Positions 60,150 through 64,000 of a stretch of 64,000 nt of DNA are shown here, one piece after another; the stretch's first letter is position 1; every line of letters starts with the position of its first letter. Made by a program: the position numbers and the translations under genes. The DNA lies in contig CDRNVI010000194.1 of assembly GCA_977017575.1 (NCBI GenBank), forward strand, positions 3,742 through 67,741, in the 5' to 3' direction. The DNA is from Paramoeba atlantica. Lineage: Eukaryota; Protista; Discosea. Below the pieces are notes generated by a model, which was not told the origin of the DNA, ran no database searches, and saw only the letters and a program-made list of their open reading frames with translations.

Positions 60150-63100
60150 CTTAACAGAAAATTTTCCGAGTGCATTCCCAGATAATGATCTTGAAAGCTG
60201 TTGTCGTTTTTGTTCCTAAAAGAGAGTGAATTCAGAATCTTAGAAGAGAGAAGAACCAAGAAAAGGGAAGAGAAGAGAGGAAAATGAGAAAAAGAAAGAA
60301 ACTTTTTTTCCTTGACTTTTCAAGTCATTTTTCTTCCACTGCAAAAAAAAAATGTCAAAATCAAAAGGAAAGAGAGAAACAAAAGAAAGGAAAAACAAAC
60401 CCCAGAAGTAGAGAGAGAGAGAGAAGCTGTTGGGGAAAGGGCCATTCTCCCATTGTCTGGTGAATACTTTCTTTTCTGTTCAAGGGAATTTTTTGAGAGC
60501 GAGAAAGAAGAGAAGAGGAGAAGAGAAGAGGAGAAGAGAAGAGAAGAAGAGAGAAAAGAGAAAATGAAAGACCTCAGAAAAACTGCTTTCATTAACTCTC
60601 TTTAGTTTTCCTCTTTTCTGTGGAATAAACAGAAATAAGTATTTTTCTCTTTTCCTCTTTCTTTTCCTCTCTCATTTTCTCTCTTCTTCTCTCTTTCTCT
60701 CCCTCTTTCTTTTTCTCAGACCTTGAGTTCCTCAGGAGTATTTTTTACTTTTCGTCGAGTCAGTTTTACTGAATTTGTCTGATGAAGAAGAAATAAATAA
60801 AAGAGAGAAAGAAAGAAAGAAGAAAAAAAGAGCTTTGTTGAGAAAACCTTTGGACTTATTATTTCTTCATTCGTTTCCTGAGAAAAAGAAGAAAGAGAGA
60901 AGAAGAAAGAGAGAAGAAGAAATTAAAGGAAAATAAAAAAGAGGGAAAAAAAGAATTCTTGAAATTTTCTCTCTTTCTCTTTTTTTTCAAACTCTCTTTC
61001 TTGTTCTTCTCAAGCAAAATATTCTCTCAAAACTCTCTCTCCTTCTTCTTTCTTTTAATCTTAATGAACCTGACTTGGACAATAAGTATTTTTCAGTGAT
61101 ACTGTTGATCCTAATAATCTCTGAAAAAAGAAGTTAAAAAAGAAAAGAAGAAAGAGAGAGAAAGAAGGAGAGAGAAAGAAGAGAGAGAAAGAAAGAAAAA
61201 AGATACCGTTTGACTAATTTCATTTTCATTCTCAAAACTATAATCTCTTCGAATGGACTATTTTTTTAAATATCAATTGTGAAAAAGAAAAAGAAAAAGA
61301 AAAAGAAAATGAGAAAACAAAACTCTTCTCCAATCAACTTTTGTAATCTCCATCTCTTCTTCATCAGAACAGAAAAAATCCCTCTCTCTTTCCCTCTCTC
61401 TTTCTCTCTCTTTCTCTCTCTCTTCTCCCTCCTCTCTTCCTCTCATAACCCTTTTCTCTCTCTCTCTCCCCTCTCCCCCTCTCTCTCTTTCTCTCTCTTC
61501 TCCTTCTCTCTTTCCATTCTCTTCCATTTTCTGGTCTTCTCTCTCTCCTTCTTTCTCTATTTTTTGTTCTCTCTCTTCTTCTTCTTCCTCATTCTCTCTT
61601 GCGGTAAAGGGGTTGAAATAGGCTACTTCTTCAATTGTTTCTTGCTGAAGAGAAGAGAGAGAGAAATAGAGAGAAATAGAGAGAAAGAAAGAAAGAAAGA
61701 ATTCAATAAATAATAATTACCAGAATAAATAAATATTTATCAGAATAATAAAGAATAATAATAAAGAATAATAATAAAGAATAATTTTAAAATCTGATTC
61801 AAAAATTATTATATATTTTTTATTCAAAGAAAAACAAACCCTTTTTCGAACTGATACAATTTCCAATCCTGATGACTCTGTTGATGATACCTAAAGAAAG
61901 AGAGAACAAAGAAACAAAAAGAGAGGACAAAATAAGAAAGAAGAAAGAAGACTCTTGAAAAAAGAGAGGGAAAGAGAAGAAAAGAGAAAGAGAAAGAGAA
62001 AGAGAAAAAGAAAGAGAGAGAAGAGAGAAAGAGAGAAGAGAGAGAAAGAAAGAGAAACATCGGTTGATTGAGAAGAAGAAGCAAGGCTTAGCACATACAT
62101 TGCTGGCTCTGTTGTCCCTGTTACCCTTGCTCGGTTTTCTTCCTAAAAGAGAGAGAGAAAGGAGAGAAGAAAGAGAGAGAAAGAGAGTGAGAAAAGAGCT
62201 AAAAGAGAGAGAGAGAGAAAGGAAAGAGAAAGGAAAGAGAAAGGAAAGAGAAAAGAAAGAGGGCTCACACCTTTTCTTCATCATCTCCATAAGAATACTA
62301 AAGAGAAAGAGAGAGAGAAAGGGAGAGAGAAAATTAAAAATTAAAAAAAGGAGAGCAAAGAAAAGCGAAAGAGAGGAAAAAGTGAGAGTGAAAGAGAGAA
62401 GAGAAGAGAAGAGAAGAGAAAGAGAGAAGAGAGAAGAGAAGAGAAGAGAAAGAGAGAAGAGAAAGAGAGAGACAAACATCAGCCTGAATAAGACAAGGAT
62501 CAGAAGGAACAACACCCATAATAATCATATCATCTTCTTCCTCTCCCTAGAAAAGAAGAGAGAGAGAGAGAGAGAGAGAAGAGAAAGGAAAAAGAGAGAG
62601 AATAAAATTATGAAAAGAAAATGATCAGTGAAGAGAGAGAGAGGAAAGAGAAAGAGAAAGGGAATTAGAAAGAAAAGAGAAGGAAAAAGAGAGAGAAGAG
62701 AGAGAAAGAGAAAAAGAGAGAGAGAAGAAAACCTCATTTGAAAGAGTGTCTCGCTAAATTAAAAAAGAAATTAATTATTTTTTTTTATGAAAAAAAATTA
62801 GAAAGTAAAAGAAATTAAAAATCAAATAAAATTTAAAAAAAAGGAAAAAACCAAAAATTGTAATTTTGGTTTCTTTTCTTTCTCTCTTTCTCTCTCTTTT
62901 AGTCTCTCTTCTTCTCTCTCTTTTATTGAATTTTTAGTTGAAGATGTCTTGTATGAGAAAAAAATCAGTAAAGAGAAAGGAAAAGAAAAAGAGAGAAAAG
63001 AAGTGAGAGAAAACCTTTTTCTTCCCAGGAGAAATGAGGAAACTCCCCTATTATCATAATATGAGAAATAAAGAAGAAATGAGAAAAGAAAAGAAAGAAA

Positions 63101-64000
63101 AGAAAAGAAAAGAAAAGAAAAGAAAAGAAAGAAATGAGAAAAGGGAAAAAGAACAATTTTTTTTCTTTTTTGGGATTTTGGTGAAATAATCTCCTCTCTC
63201 TTTTGTGTTGCATCAAAATTTTCCTCATCCTAAAAAGAGAAAGAGGAGAAGAAGAGGATAAAGAAAGGAAAGAAAGAAGAGGGAGAGAACAAAGGGAGAA
63301 AAGAGAGTGCGATTGAAAAAGAGAGAGAAAAGGAATATGAGAAAGAGAAGAACGAAAAAGAGAAAGAGAAAGAGAAAAACGAAAAAGAGAAAGAAAAAGA
63401 GAAAAGAAAAACCTGAGGATTCATTTGTTTTTTGAGTGTTTCCTGAAATTGCAAAAGAGAGAAGATGAGAAATAGAGAAGAGAGAGAAGAAAGAGGAAAG
63501 AGAGAGAAGAGAAAAGAGAGATATAATACCAATTCAGAATTCAAATCGTCAAGAAAAGAAGCATCATCTTCAAAAGTATTGTCTTCCTAGAGAGAGAAGA
63601 GAAAAAGAGAGAGAAGAAAGAGAGAAGAGAGAGAAGCGAAGTGAGAGATGAGAGATAGGATTAATCTTCGAGAAAAGAGAGAAAATGAGAAGAGAGAAAG
63701 AAAGAGAAGAAAGAGAAAAGAGAGAAAGATGTTTGGAATAAAAGAGAGAATAGAGAGGAAAACCTCTTGAGGAACAACACCCAAAATATACAATGTAGTC
63801 TCAAGCTTTAAAAAATAAAAGAGAAGAAGGGAAGAGAGAATAAGAAGAGAAGAGAGGGGAAGAATGAGAAGGAGGAAGGAAGGAAGAAGGAAGAAGGAAA
63901 GAGAAAGAAAAGAGAGAGAGAGGGAACTGAAAAGTGAGGAAAAGAGAAGAAAAGAGAGAAAGAAAAGAGAGAAAAGAGAACCTCACTCGTTTTTATTGAT
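60150..64000 (-). CDS. Unidentified multi-exon gene, partial (5' end probably beyond the window)
   Basis: Short purine-rich exon-like blocks bounded by AG/GT (EDNTFEDDASFLDDLNSEL; DEENFDATQKREEIISPK; EENRARVTGTTEPAMYVLSL) between CT-microsatellite introns; no family motif recognised. Confidence 0.45.

Overview
Eukaryotic, AT-rich, intron-dense DNA (unicellular protist; amoebozoan-like by inference only). No rRNA, tRNA or CRISPR array is supportable. About 1-37.8 kb is a gene-free nest of mobile elements: a copia remnant; four copies of a chromodomain Ty3/gypsy family (Gypsy-A, 281-bp LTRs); a 1623-bp non-autonomous DNA element inserted into a copy of itself; and a structurally complete DIRS1-type tyrosine-recombinase retrotransposon that carries a second gypsy family (Gypsy-B, 213-bp LTRs) and a 5'-truncated Gypsy-A flanked by an 18-bp duplication. 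Nearly all premature stops I could trace are TGA, and copy comparisons show CG to TG/CA decay. About 37.9-64 kb is gene-rich: two tandem secreted plant-type LRR genes, a piggyBac-like transposon whose apparent target site is CCGG rather than TTAA, an ankyrin gene, a Rab-like GTPase with an MGC N-terminus and no C-terminal cysteine, a FAM114/DUF719-like gene, a Patched-like SSD/RND transporter with a large Cys-rich insert, and part of an unidentified multi-exon gene. All alignments were done by eye and no database searches were run.
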